Translations under genes and position numbers: made by a program
Origin: the human T2T-CHM13v2.0 reference genome, Homo sapiens
Length of the DNA stretch: 64,000 nucleotides
Reading direction: 5' to 3' (one strand)
Assembly: GCF_009914755.1 (NCBI RefSeq)
Contig: NC_060925.1
Notes under the pieces: model-generated
Database searches by the model: none
Told to the model about the DNA's origin: nothing
What the model saw: the letters and a program-made list of their open reading frames with translations, nothing else
Shown here: piece after piece, positions 26,352 to 41,789 of the stretch
Position numbering within the stretch: position 1 is the first letter of the stretch
Layout: every line of letters starts with the position of its first letter

Positions 26352-29300
26352 GAATTCAAAGGAATCATCATCAAATGGAACCGAATGGAATCCTCATTGA
26401 ATGGAAATGAAAGGGGTCATCATCTAATGGAATCGCATGGAATCATCACCAAATGGAATCGAATGGAATCATCATCAAATGGAATCTAATGGAATCATTG
26501 AACAGAATTGAATGGAATCGTCATCAAATGAATTGAATGCAATCATCGAATGGTCTCGAATGGAATCATCTTCTAATGGAAAGGAATGGAATCATCGCAT
26601 AGAATCGAATGGAATTATCATCGAATGGAATCGAATGGTATCAACACCAAACGGAAAAAAACGGAATTATCGAATGGAATCGAAGAGAATCTTCGAACGG
26701 ACCCGAATGGAATCATCTAATGGAATGGAATGGAATAATCCATGGACTCGAATGCAATCATCATCGAATGGAATCGAATGGAATCATCGAATGGACTCGA
26801 ATGGAATAATCATTGAACGGAATCGAATGGAATCATCATCGGATGGAAACGAATGGAATCATCATCGAATGGAAATGAAAGGAGTCATCATCTAATGCAA
26901 TTGCATGGAATCATCATCAAATGGAATCGAATGGAATCAACATCAAATGGAATCTAATGGAATCATTGAACAGAATTGAATGGAATCGTCATCGAATGAA
27001 TTGACTGCAATCATCGAATGGTCTCCAATGGAATCATCTTCAAATGGAATGGAATGGAATCATCGCATAGAATCGAATGGAATTATCATCGAATGGAATC
27101 GAATGGAATCAACATCAAACGGAAAAAAACGGAATTATCGAATGGAATCGAAGAGAATCATCGAATGGGCCCGAATGGAATCATCTAATGGAATGGAATG
27201 GAATAATCCATGGACTCGAATGCAATCATCATCGAATGGAATCGAATGGAATCATCGAATGGACTCGAATGGAATAATCATTGAACGGAATCGAATGGAA
27301 TCATCATCAGATGGAAATGAATGGAATCATCATCGAATGGAATCGAATAGAATTATGGAATGAAATCCAGTGTGATCATCATCGAATGGACCCGAATGGA
27401 ATCATCATCCAACGGAAGCTAATGGAATCAACATCGAATGAATCAAATGGAAACACCATCGAATTGAAACGAATGGAATTATCATGAAATTGAAATGGAT
27501 GGACTCATCATCGAATGGATTCGAATGGAATCATCGAATAAAATTGATTGAAATCATCATCGAATGGAATCGAATGGTATCTTTGAATGGAATCGAATGG
27601 AATCATCATCAGATGGAAATGAATGGAATCGTCATAGAATGGAATCGAATGGATTCATTGAATGGAATCAGATGGAATCATCGAATGGACTGGAATGGAA
27701 TCATTGAATGGACTCAAAAGGGATCATGATTGAATGGAATTGAATGGAATCATCGAATGGTCTCGATTGGAATCATTATCAAATGGAATCGAATGGAATC
27801 ACCGAATAGAATCGAATGGAACAATCATCGAATGGACTCAAATGGAATTATCCTCAAATGGAATCGAATGGAATTATCGAATGCAATCGAATGGAATTAT
27901 CGAATGCAATCGAATAGAATCATCGAATGGACTCGAATGGAATCATCGAATGGAATGCAATGGAACAGTCAATGAACTCGAATGGAATCATCATTGAATG
28001 GAATCGAATGGAATCATCGATTGGAATCGAATGGAATTATGATCAAATGGAATCGAATGTAATCCTCATCAAATGGAATCAAAAATAACCATCATCAATT
28101 GGTATTGAATGGAATTGTCATCAAATGGAATTCAAAGGAATCATCATCAAATGGAACCGAATGGAATCCTCATTGAATGGAAATGAAAGGGGTCATCATC
28201 TAATGGAATCTCATGGAATCATCATCAAATGGAATCGAATGGAATCATCATCAAATGGAATCTAATGGAATCATTGAACAGAATTGAATGGAATCGTCAT
28301 CGAATGAATTGAATGCAATCATCGAATGGTCTCGAATGGAATCATCTTCTAATGGAAAGGAATGGAATCATCGCATAGAATCGAATGGAATTATCATCGA
28401 ATGGAATCGAATGGTATCAACACCAAACGGAAAAAAACGGAATTATCGAATGGAATCGAAGAGAATCTTCGAACGGACCCGAATGGAATCATCTAATGGA
28501 ATGGAATGGAATAATCCATGGACTCGAATGCAATCATCATCGAATGGAATCGAATGGAATCATCGAATGGACTCGAATGGAATAATCATTGAACGGAATC
28601 GAATGGAATCATCATCGGATGGAAACGAATGGAATCATCATCGAATGGAAATGAAAGGAGTCATCATCTAATGGAATTGCATGGAATCATCATAAAATGG
28701 AATCGAATGGAATCAACATCAAATGGAATCAAATGGAATCATTGAACGGAATTGAATGGAATCGTCATCGAATGAATTGACTGCAATCATCCAATGGTCT
28801 CGAATGGAATCATCTTCAAATGGAATGGAATGGAATCATCGCATAGAATCGAATGGAATTATCATCGAATGGAATCGAATGGAATCAACATCAAACGGAA
28901 AAAAACGGAATTATCGAATGGAATCGAAGAGAATCATCGAATGGACCCGAATGGAATCATGTAATGGAATGGAATGGAATAATCCATGGACTCGAATGCA
29001 ATCATCATCGAATGGAATCGAATGGAATCATCGAATGGACTCGAATGGAATAATCATTGAACGGAATCGAATGGAATCATCATCGGATGGAAATGAATGG
29101 AATCATCATCGAATGGAATCGAATAGAATTATGGAATGAAATCCAGTGTGATCATCATCGAATGGACCCGAATGGAATCATCATCCAACGGAAGCTAATG
29201 GAATCAACATCGAATGAATCAAATGGAAACACCATCGAATTGAAACGAATGGAATTATCATGAAATTGAAATGGATGGACTCATCATCGAATGGATTCGA

Positions 29301-29903
29301 ATGGAATCATCGAATAAAATTGATTGAAATCATCATCGAATGGAATCGAATGGTATCATTGAATGGAATCGAATGGAATCATCATCAGATGGAAATGAAT
29401 GGAATCGTCATAGAATGGAATCGAATGGATTCATTGAATGGAATCAGATGGAATCATCGAATGGACTGGAATGGAATCATTGAATGGACTCGATAGGGAT
29501 CATTATTGAATGGAATTGAATGGAATCATCGAATGGTCTCGATTGGAATCATTATCAAATGGAATCGAATGGAATCACCGAATAGAATCGAATGGAACAA
29601 TCATCGAATGGACTCAAATGGAATTATCCTCAAATGGAATCGAATGGAATTATCGAATGCAATCGAATGGAATTATCGAATGCAATCGAATAGAATCATC
29701 GAATGGACTCGAATGGAATCATCGAATGGAATGGAATGGAACAGTCAATGAACTCGAATGGAATCATCATTGAATGGAATCGAATGGAATCATCGAGTGG
29801 AATCGAATGGAATTATGATCAAATGGAATCGAATCTAATCATCATCAAATGGAATCAAAAATAACCATCATCAATTGGTATTGAATGGAATTGTCATCAA
29901 ATG

Positions 29904-32294
29904 GAATTCAAAGGAATCATCATCAAATGGAACCGAATGGAATCCTCATTGAATGGAAATGAAAGGGGTCATCATCTAATGGAATCGCATGGAATCATCA
30001 TAAAATGGAATCGAATGGAATCAACATCAAATGGAATCAAATGGAATCATTGAACGGAATTGAATGGAATCGTCATCGAATGAATTGGATGCAATCATCG
30101 AATGGTCTCGAATGGAATCTTCTTCAAATGGAATGGAATGGAATCATCGCATAGAATCGAATGGAATTATCATCGAATGGAATCGAATGGAATCAACATC
30201 AAACGGAAAAAAACGGAATTATCGAATGGAATCGAAGAGAATCAACGAATGGACCCGAACGGAATCATCTAATGGAATGGAATGGAATAATCCATGGACT
30301 CGAATGCAATCATCATCGAATGGAATCGAATGGAATCATCGAATGGACTCGAATGGAATAATCATTGAACGGAATCGAATGGAATCATCATCGGATGGAA
30401 ACGAATGGAATCATCATCGAATGGAAATGAAAGGAGTCATCATCTAATGGAATTGCATGGAATCATCATAAAATGGAATCGAATGGAATCAACATCAAAT
30501 GGAATCAAATGGAATCATTGAACGGAATTGAATGGAATCGTCATCGAATGAATTGACTGCAATCATCGAATGGTCTCGAATGTAATCACATTCTAATGGA
30601 AAGGAATGGAATCATCGCATAGAATCGAATGGAATTAACATTGAATGGACTCGAATGGAATCAACATCAAACGGAATCAAGCGGAATTATCGAATGGAAT
30701 CGAAGAGAATCATCGAATGGTCTCGAATGGAATCATCTTCTAATGGAAAGGAATGGAATCATCGCATAGAATCGAATGGAATTAACATTGAATGGACTCG
30801 AATGGAATCAACATCAAATGGAATCAAGCGGAATTATCGAATGAAATCGAAGAGAATCATCGAATGGACTTGAATGGAATCATCTAATGGAATGGAATGG
30901 AATAATCCACGGACTCGAATGCAATCATCATCGTATAGAATCGAATGGAATCATCGAATGGACTCGAATGGAATAATCATTGAACGGAAGCGAATGGAAT
31001 CATCATCGTATGGAAACGAATGGAATCATCATCGAATGGAAATGAAAGGAGTCATCATCTAATGGAATTGCATGGAATCATCATAAAATGGAATCGAATG
31101 GAATCAAAATCAAATGGAATCAAATGGAATCATTGAACGGAATTGAATGGAATCGTCATCGAATGAATTGACTGCAATCATCGAATGGTCTCGAATGGAA
31201 TCATCTTCAAATGGAATGGAATGGAATCATCGCATAGAATCGAATGGAATTATCATCGAATGGAATCGAATGGAATCAACATCAAACGGAAAAAAACGGA
31301 ATTATCGAATGGAATCGAAGAGAATCATCGAATGGACCCGAATGGAATCATCTAATGGAATGGAATGGAATAATCCATGGACTCGAATGCAATCATCATC
31401 GAATGGAATCGAATGGAATCATCGAATGGACTCGAATGGAATAATCATTGAACGGAATCGAATGGAATCATCATCGGATGGAAATGAATGGAATCATCAT
31501 CGAATGGAATCGAATAGAATTATGGAATGAAATCCAGTGTGATCATCATCGAATGGACCCGAATGGAATCATCATCCAACGGAAGCTAATGGAATCAACA
31601 TCGAATGAATCGAATGGAAACACCATCGAATTGAAACGAATGGAATTATCATGAAATTGAAATGGATGGACTCATCATCGGATGGATTCGAATGGAATCA
31701 TCGAATAAAATTGATTGAAATCATCATCCAATGGAATCGAATGGTATCATTGAATGGAATCGAATGGAATCATCATCAGATGGAAATGAATGGAATCGTC
31801 ATAGAATGGAATCGAATGGATTCATTGAATGGAATCAGATGGAATCATCGAATGGACTGGAATGGAATCATTGAATGGACTCGAAAGGGATCATGATTGA
31901 ATGGAATTGAATGGAATCATCGAATGGTCTCGATTGGAATCATTATCAAATGGAATCGAATGGAATCACCGAATAGAATCGAATGGAACAATCATCGAAT
32001 GGACTCAAATGGAATTATCCTCAAATGGAATCGAATGGAATTATCGAATGCAATCGAATGGAATTATCGAATGCAATCGAATAGAATCATCGAATGGACT
32101 CGAATGGAATCATCGAATGGAATGGAATGGAACAGTCAATGAACTCGAATGGAATCATCATTGAATGGAATCGAATGGAATCATCGAGTGGAATCGAATG
32201 GAATTATGATCAAATGCAATCGAATGTAATCCTCATCAAATGGAATCAAAAATAACCATCATCAATTGGTATTGAATGGAATTGTCATCAAATG
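29904..32294 (+). repeat. 2391-bp variant unit with the 615-bp module (~30532-31146) between the two 468-bp modules
   Basis: Spacing 30064 to 32455 is 2391. Same diagnostic strings as the 5527 module. Confidence 0.92.
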
Positions 32295-35200
32295 GAATTC
32301 AAAGGAATCATCATCAAATGGAACCGAATGGAATCCTCATTGAATGGAAATGAAAGGGGTCATCATCTAATGGAATCGCATGGAATCATCATCAAATGGA
32401 ATCGAATGGAATCATCATCAAATGGAATCTAATGGAATCATTGAACAGAATTGAATGGAATCGTCATCGAATGAATTGAATGCAATCATCGAATGGTCTC
32501 GAATGGAATCATCTTCTAATGGAAAGGAATGGAATCATCGCATAGAATCGAATGGAATTATCATCGAATGGAATCGAATGGTATCAACACCAAACGGAAA
32601 AAAACGGAATTATCGAATGGAATCGAAGAGAATCTTCGAACGGACCCGAATGGAATCATCTAATGGAATGGAATGGAATAATCCATGGACTCGAATGCAA
32701 TCATCATCGAATGGAATCGAATGGAATCATCGAATGGACTCGAATGGAATAATCATTGAACGGAATCGAATGGAATCATCATCGGATGGAAACGAATGGA
32801 ATCATCATCGAATGGAAATGAAAGGAGTCATCATCTAATGGAATTGCATGGAATCATCATAAAATGGAATCGAATGGAATCAACATCAAATGGAATCAAA
32901 TGGAATCATTGAACGGAATTGAATGGAATCGTCATCGAATGAATTGACTACAATCACCGAATGGTCTCGAATGGAATCATCTTCAAATGGAATGGAATGG
33001 AATCATCGCATAGAATCGAATGGAATTATCATCGAATGGAATCGAATGGAATCAACATCAAACGGAAAAAAACAGAATTATCGTATGGAATCGAAGAGAA
33101 TCATCGAATGGACCCGAATGGAATCATCTAATGGAATGGAATGGAATAATCCATGGACTCGAATGCAATCATCATCGAATGGAATCGAATGGAATCATCG
33201 AATGGACTCGAATGGAATAATCATTGAACGGAATCGAATGGAATCATCATCGGATGGAAATGAATGGAATCATCATCGAATGGAATCGAATAGAATTATG
33301 GAATGAAATCCAGTGTGATCATCATCGAATGGACCCGAATGGAATCATCATCCAACGGAAGCTAATGGAATCAACATCGAATGAATCGAATGGAAACACC
33401 ATCGAATTGAACCGAATGGAATTATTATGAAATTGAAATGGATGGACTCATCATCGAATGGATTCGAATGGAAACATCGAATAAAATTGATTGAAATCAT
33501 CATCCAATGGAATCGAATGATATCATTGAATGCAATCGAATGGAATCATCATCAGATGGAAATGAATGGAATCGTCATAGAATGGAATCGAATGGATTCA
33601 TTGAATGGAATCAGATGGAATCATCGAATGGACTGGAATGGAATCATTGAATGGACTCGAAAGGGATCATGATTGAATGGAATTGAATGGAATCATCGAA
33701 TGGTCTCGATTGGAATCATTATCAAATGGAATCGAATGGAATCACCGAATAGAATCGAATGGAACAATCATCGAATGGACTCAAATGGAATTATCCTCCA
33801 ATGGAATCGAATGGAATTATCGAATGCAATCGAATGGAATTATCGAATGCAATCGAATAGAATCATCGAATGGACTCGAATGGAATCATCGAATGGAATG
33901 GAATGGAACAGTCAATGAACTCGAATGGAATCATCATTGAATGGAATCGAATGGAATCATCGAGTGGAATCGAATGGAATTATGATCAAATGGAATCGAA
34001 TGTAATCATCATCAAATGGAATCAAAAATAACCATCATCAATTGGTATTGAATGGAATTGTCATCAAATGGAATTCAAAGGAATCATCATCAAATGGAAC
34101 CGAATGGAATCCTCATTGAATGGAAATGAAAGGGGTCATCATCTAATGGAATCGCATGGAATCATCATCAAATGGAATCGAATGGAATCATCATCAAATG
34201 GAATCTAATGGAATCATTGAACAGAATTGAATGGAATCGTCATCGAATGAATTGAATGCAATCATCGAATGGTCTCGAATGGAATCATCTTCTAATGGAA
34301 AGGAATGGAATCATCGCATAGAATCGAATGGAATTATCATCGAATGGAATCGAATGGTATCAACACCAAACGGAAAAAAACGGAATTATCGAATGGAATC
34401 GAAGAGAATCTTCGAACGGACCCGAATGGAATCATCTAATGGAATGGAATGGAATAATCCATGGACTCGAATGCAATCATCATCGAATGGAATCGAATGG
34501 AATCATCGAATGGACTCGAATGGAATAATCATTGAACGGAATCGATTGGAATCATCATCGGATGGAAACGAATGGAATCATCATCGAATGGAAATGAAAG
34601 GAGTCATCATCTAATGGAATTGCATGGAATCATCATAAAATGGAATCGAATGGAATCAACATCAAATGGAATCAAATGGAATCATTGAACGGAATTGAAT
34701 GGAATCGTCATCGAATGAATTGAGTGCAATCATCGAATGGTCTCGAATGGAATCATCTTCAAATGGAATGGAATGGAATCATCGCATAGAATCGAATGGA
34801 ATTATCATCGAATGGAATCGAATGGAATCAACATCCAACGGAAAAAAACGGAATTATCGAATGGAATCGAAGAGAATCATCGAATGGACCCGAATGGAAT
34901 CATCTAATGGAATGGAATGGAATAATCCATGGACTCGAATGCAATCATCATCGAATGGAATCGAATGGAATCATCGAATGGACTCGAATGGAATAATCAT
35001 TGAACGGAATCGAATGGAATCATCATCGGATGGAAATGAATGGAATCATCATCGAATGGAATCGAATAGAATTATGGAATGAAATCCAGTGTGATCATCA
35101 TCGAATGGACCCGAATGGAATCATCATCCAACGGAAGCTAATGGAATCAACATCGAATGAATCAAATGGAAACACCATCGAATTGAAACGAATGGAATTA

Positions 35201-38200
35201 TCATGAAATTGAAATGGATGGACTCATCATCGAATGGATTCGAATGGAATCATCGAATAAAATTGATTGAAATCATCATCGAATGGAATCGAATGGTATC
35301 ATTGAATGGAATCGAATGGAATCATCATCAGATGGAAATGAATGGAATCGTCATAGAATGGAATCGAATGGATTCATTGAATGGAATCAGATGGAATCAT
35401 CGAATGGACTGGAATGGAATCATTGAATGGACTCGAAAGGGATCATGATTGAATGGAATTGAATGGAATCATCGAATGGTCTCGATTGGAATCATTATCA
35501 AATGGAATCGAATGGAATCACCGAATAGAATCGAATGGAACAATCATCGAATGGACTCAAATGGAATTATCCTCAAATGGAATCGAATGGAATTATCGAA
35601 TGCAATCGAATGGAATTATCGAATGCAATCGAATAGAATCATCGAATGGACTCGAATGGAATCATCGAATGGAATGGAATGGAACAGTCAATGAACACGA
35701 ATGGAATCATCATTGAATGGAATCGAATGGAATCATCGAGTGGAATCGAATGGAATTATGATCAAATGGAATCGAATGTAATCATCATCAAATGGAATCA
35801 AAAATAACCATCATCAATTGGTATTGAATGGAATTGTCATCAAATGGAATTCAAAGGAATCATCATCAAATGGAACCGAATGGAATCCTCATTGAATGGA
35901 AATGAAAGGGGTCATCATCTAATGGAATCGCATGGAATCATCACCAAATGGAATCGAATGGAATCATCATCAAATGGAATCTAATGGAATCATTGAACAG
36001 AATTGAATGGAATCGTCATCAAATGAATTGAATGCAATCATCGAATGGTCTCGAATGGAATCATCTTCTAATGGAAAGGAATGGAATCATCGCATAGAAT
36101 CGAATGGAATTATCATCGAATGGAATCGAATGGTATCAACACCAAACGGAAAAAAACGGAATTATCGAATGGAATCGAAGAGAATCTTCGAACGGACCCG
36201 AATGGAATCATCTAATGGAATGGAATGGAATAATCCATGGACTCGAATGCAATCATCATCGAATGGAATCGAATGGAATCATCGAATGGACTCGAATGGA
36301 ATAATCATTGAACGGAATCGAATGGAATCATCATCGGATGGAAACGAATGGAATCATCATCGAATGGAAATGAAAGGAGTCATCATCTAATGCAATTGCA
36401 TGGAATCATCATCAAATGGAATCGAATGGAATCAACATCAAATGGAATCTAATGGAATCATTGAACAGAATTGAATGGAATCGTCATCGAATGAATTGAC
36501 TGCAATCATCGAATGGTCTCCAATGGAATCATCTTCAAATGGAATGGAATGGAATCATCGCATAGAATCGAATGGAATTATCATCGAATGGAATCGAATG
36601 GAATCAACATCAAACGGAAAAAAACGGAATTATCGAATGGAATCGAAGAGAATCATCGAATGGGCCCGAATGGAATCATCTAATGGAATGGAATGGAATA
36701 ATCCATGGACTCGAATGCAATCATCATCGAATGGAATCGAATGGAATCATCGAATGGACTCGAATGGAATAATCATTGAACGGAATCGAATGGAATCATC
36801 ATCAGATGGAAATGAATGGAATCATCATCGAATGGAATCGAATAGAATTATGGAATGAAATCCAGTGTGATCATCATCGAATGGACCCGAATGGAATCAT
36901 CATCCAACGGAAGCTAATGGAATCAACATCGAATGAATCAAATGGAAACACCATCGAATTGAAACGAATGGAATTATCATGAAATTGAAATGGATGGACT
37001 CATCATCGAATGGATTCGAATGGAATCATCGAATAAAATTGATTGAAATCATCATCGAATGGAATCGAATGGTATCTTTGAATGGAATCGAGTGGAATCA
37101 TCATCAGATGGAAATGAATGGAATCGTCATAGAATGGAATCGAATGGATTCATTGAATGGAATCAGATGGAATCATCGAATGGACTGGAATGGAATCATT
37201 GAATGGACTCAAAAGGGATCATGATTGAATGGAATTGAATGGAATCATCGAATGGTCTCGATTGGAATCATTATCAAATGGAATCGAATGGAATCACCGA
37301 ATAGAATCGAATGGAACAATCATCGAATGGACTCAAATGGAATTATCCTCAAATGGAATCGAATGGAATTATCGAATGCAATCGAATGGAATTATCGAAT
37401 GCAATCGAATAGAATCATCGAATGGACTCGAATGGAATCATCGAATGGAATGCAATGGAACAGTCAATGAACTCGAATGGAATCATCATTGAATGGAATC
37501 GAATGGAATCATCGATTGGAATCGAATGGAATTATGATCAAATGGAATCGAATGTAATCCTCATCAAATGGAATCAAAAATAACCATCATCAATTGGTAT
37601 TGAATGGAATTGTCATCAAATGGAATTCAAAGGAATCATCATCAAATGGAACCGAATGGAATCCTCATTGAATGGAAATGAAAGGGGTCATCATCTAATG
37701 GAATCGCATGGAATCATCATCAAATGGAATCGAATGGAATCATCATCAAATGGAATCTAATGGAATCATTGAACAGAATTGAATGGAATCGTCATCGAAT
37801 GAATTGAATGCAATCATCGAATGGTCTCGAATGGAATCATTTTCTAATGGAAAGGAATGGAATCATCGCATAGAATCGAATGGAATTATCATCGAATGGA
37901 ATCGAATGGTATCAACACCAAACGGAAAAAAACGGAATTATCGAATGGAATCGAAGAGAATCTTCGAACGGACCCGAATGGAATCATCTAATGGAATGGA
38001 ATGGAATAATCCATGGACTCGAATGCAATCATCATCGAATGGAATCGAATGGAATCATCGAATGGACTCGAATGGAATAATCATTGAACGGAATCGAATG
38101 GAATCATCATCGGATGGAAACGAATGGAATCATCATCGAATGGAAATGAAAGGAGTCATCATCTAATGGAATTGCATGGAATCATCATAAAATGGAATCG

Positions 38201-39398
38201 AATGGAATCAACATCAAATGGAATCAAATGGAATCATTGAACGGAATTGAATGGAATCGTCATCGAATGAATTGACTGCAATCATCCAATGGTCTCGAAT
38301 GGAATCATCTTCAAATGGAATGGAATGGAATCATCGCATAGAATCGAATGGAATTATCATCGAATGGAATCGAATGGAATCAACATCAAACGGAAAAAAA
38401 CGGAATTATCGAATGGAATCGAAGAGAATCATCGAATGGACCCGAATGGAATCATGTAATGGAATGGAATGGAATAATCCATGGACTCGAATGCAATCAT
38501 CATCGAATGGAATCGAATGGAATCATCGAATGGACTCGAATGGAATAATCATTGAACGGAATCGAATGGAATCATCATCGGATGGAAATGAATGGAATCA
38601 TCATCGAATGGAATCGAATAGAATTATGGAATGAAATCCAGTGTGATCATCATCGAATGGACCCGAATGGAATCATCATCCAACGGAAGCTAATGGAATC
38701 AACATCGAATGAATCAAATGGAAACACCATCGAATTGAAACGAATGGAATTATCATGAAATTGAAATGGATGGACTCATCATCGAATGGATTCGAATGGA
38801 ATCATCGAATAAAATTGATTGAAATCATCATCGAAAGGAATCGAATGGTATCATTGAATGGAATCGAATGGAATCATCATCAGATGGAAATGAATGGAAT
38901 CGTCATAGAATGGAATCGAATGGATTCATTGAATGGAATCAGATGGAATCATCGAATGGACTGGAATGGAATCATTGAATGGACTCGATAGGGATCATTA
39001 TTGAATGGAATTGAATGGAATCATCGAATGGTCTCGATTGGAATCATTATCAAATGGAATCGAATGGAATCACCGAATAGAATCGAATGGAACAATCATC
39101 GAATGGACTCAAATGGAATTATCCTCAAATGGAATCGAATGGAATTATCGAATGCAATCGAATGGAATTATCGAATGCAATCGAATAGAATCATCGAATG
39201 GACTCGAATGGAATCATCGAATGGAATGGAATGGAACAGTCAATGAACTCGAATGGAATCATCATTGAATGGAATCGAATGGAATCATCGAGTGGAATCG
39301 AATGGAATTATGATCAAATGGAATCGAATCTAATCATCATCAAATGGAATCAAAAATAACCATCATCAATTGGTATTGAATGGAATTGTCATCAAATG

Positions 39399-41789
39399 GA
39401 ATTCAAAGGAATCATCATCAAATGGAACCGAATGGAATCCTCATTGAATGGAAATGAAAGGGGTCATCATCTAATGGAATCGCATGGAATCATCATAAAA
39501 TGGAATCGAATGGAATCAACATCAAATGGAATCAAATGGAATCATTGAACGGAATTGAATGGAATCGTCATCGAATGAATTGGATGCAATCATCGAATGG
39601 TCTCGAATGGAATCTTCTTCAAATGGAATGGAATGGAATCATCGCATAGAATCGAATGGAATTATCATCGAATGGAATCGAATGGAATCAACATCAAACG
39701 GAAAAAAACGGAATTATCGAATGGAATCGAAGAGAATCAACGAATGGACCCGAACGGAATCATCTAATGGAATGGAATGGAATAATCCATGGACTCGAAT
39801 GCAATCATCATCGAATGGAATCGAATGGAATCATCGAATGGACTCGAATGGAATAATCATTGAACGGAATCGAATGGAATCATCATCGGATGGAAACGAA
39901 TGGAATCATCATCGAATGGAAATGAAAGGAGTCATCATCTAATGGAATTGCATGGAATCATCATAAAATGGAATCGAATGGAATCAACATCAAATGGAAT
40001 CAAATGGAATCATTGAACGGAATTGAATGGAATCGTCATCGAATGAATTGACTGCAATCATCGAATGGTCTCGAATGTAATCACATTCTAATGGAAAGGA
40101 ATGGAATCATCGCATAGAATCGAATGGAATTAACATTGAATGGACTCGAATGGAATCAACATCAAACGGAATCAAGCGGAATTATCGAATGGAATCGAAG
40201 AGAATCATCGAATGGTCTCGAATGGAATCATCTTCTAATGGAAAGGAATGGAATCATCGCATAGAATCGAATGGAATTAACATTGAATGGACTCGAATGG
40301 AATCAACATCAAATGGAATCAAGCGGAATTATCGAATGAAATCGAAGAGAATCATCGAATGGACTTGAATGGAATCATCTAATGGAATGGAATGGAATAA
40401 TCCACGGACTCGAATGCAATCATCATCGTATAGAATCGAATGGAATCATCGAATGGACTCGAATGGAATAATCATTGAACGGAAGCGAATGGAATCATCA
40501 TCGTATGGAAACGAATGGAATCATCATCGAATGGAAATGAAAGGAGTCATCATCTAATGGAATTGCATGGAATCATCATAAAATGGAATCGAATGGAATC
40601 AAAATCAAATGGAATCAAATGGAATCATTGAACGGAATTGAATGGAATCGTCATCGAATGAATTGACTGCAATCATCGAATGGTCTCGAATGGAATCATC
40701 TTCAAATGGAATGGAATGGAATCATCGCATAGAATCGAATGGAATTATCATCGAATGGAATCGAATGGAATCAACATCAAACGGAAAAAAACGGAATTAT
40801 CGAATGGAATCGAAGAGAATCATCGAATGGACCCGAATGGAATCATCTAATGGAATGGAATGGAATAATCCATGGACTCGAATGCAATCATCATCGAATG
40901 GAATCGAATGGAATCATCGAATGGACTCGAATGGAATAATCATTGAACGGAATCGAATGGAATCATCATCGGATGGAAATGAATGGAATCATCATCGAAT
41001 GGAATCGAATAGAATTATGGAATGAAATCCAGTGTGATCATCATCGAATGGACCCGAATGGAATCATCATCCAACGGAAGCTAATGGAATCAACATCGAA
41101 TGAATCGAATGGAAACACCATCGAATTGAAACGAATGGAATTATCATGAAATTGAAATGGATGGACTCATCATCGGATGGATTCGAATGGAATCATCGAA
41201 TAAAATTGATTGAAATCATCATCCAATGGAATCGAATGGTATCATTGAATGGAATCGAATGGAATCATCATCAGATGGAAATGAATGGAATCGTCATAGA
41301 ATGGAATCGAATGGATTCATTGAATGGAATCAGATGGAATCATCGAATGGACTGGAATGGAATCATTGAATGGACTCGAAAGGGATCATGATTGAATGGA
41401 ATTGAATGGAATCATCGAATGGTCTCGATTGGAATCATTATCAAATGGAATCGAATGGAATCACCGAATAGAATCGAATGGAACAATCATCGAATGGACT
41501 CAAATGGAATTATCCTCAAATGGAATCGAATGGAATTATCGAATGCAATCGAATGGAATTATCGAATGCAATCGAATAGAATCATCGAATGGACTCGAAT
41601 GGAATCATCGAATGGAATGGAATGGAACAGTCAATGAACTCGAATGGAATCATCATTGAATGGAATCGAATGGAATCATCGAGTGGAATCGAATGGAATT
41701 ATGATCAAATGCAATCGAATGTAATCCTCATCAAATGGAATCAAAAATAACCATCATCAATTGGTATTGAATGGAATTGTCATCAAATG
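39399..41789 (+). repeat. 2391-bp variant unit with the 615-bp module (~40027-40641); copy of 29904-32294
   Basis: Spacing 39559 to 41950 is 2391. ORF translations are identical to those 9495 bp upstream. Confidence 0.92.
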
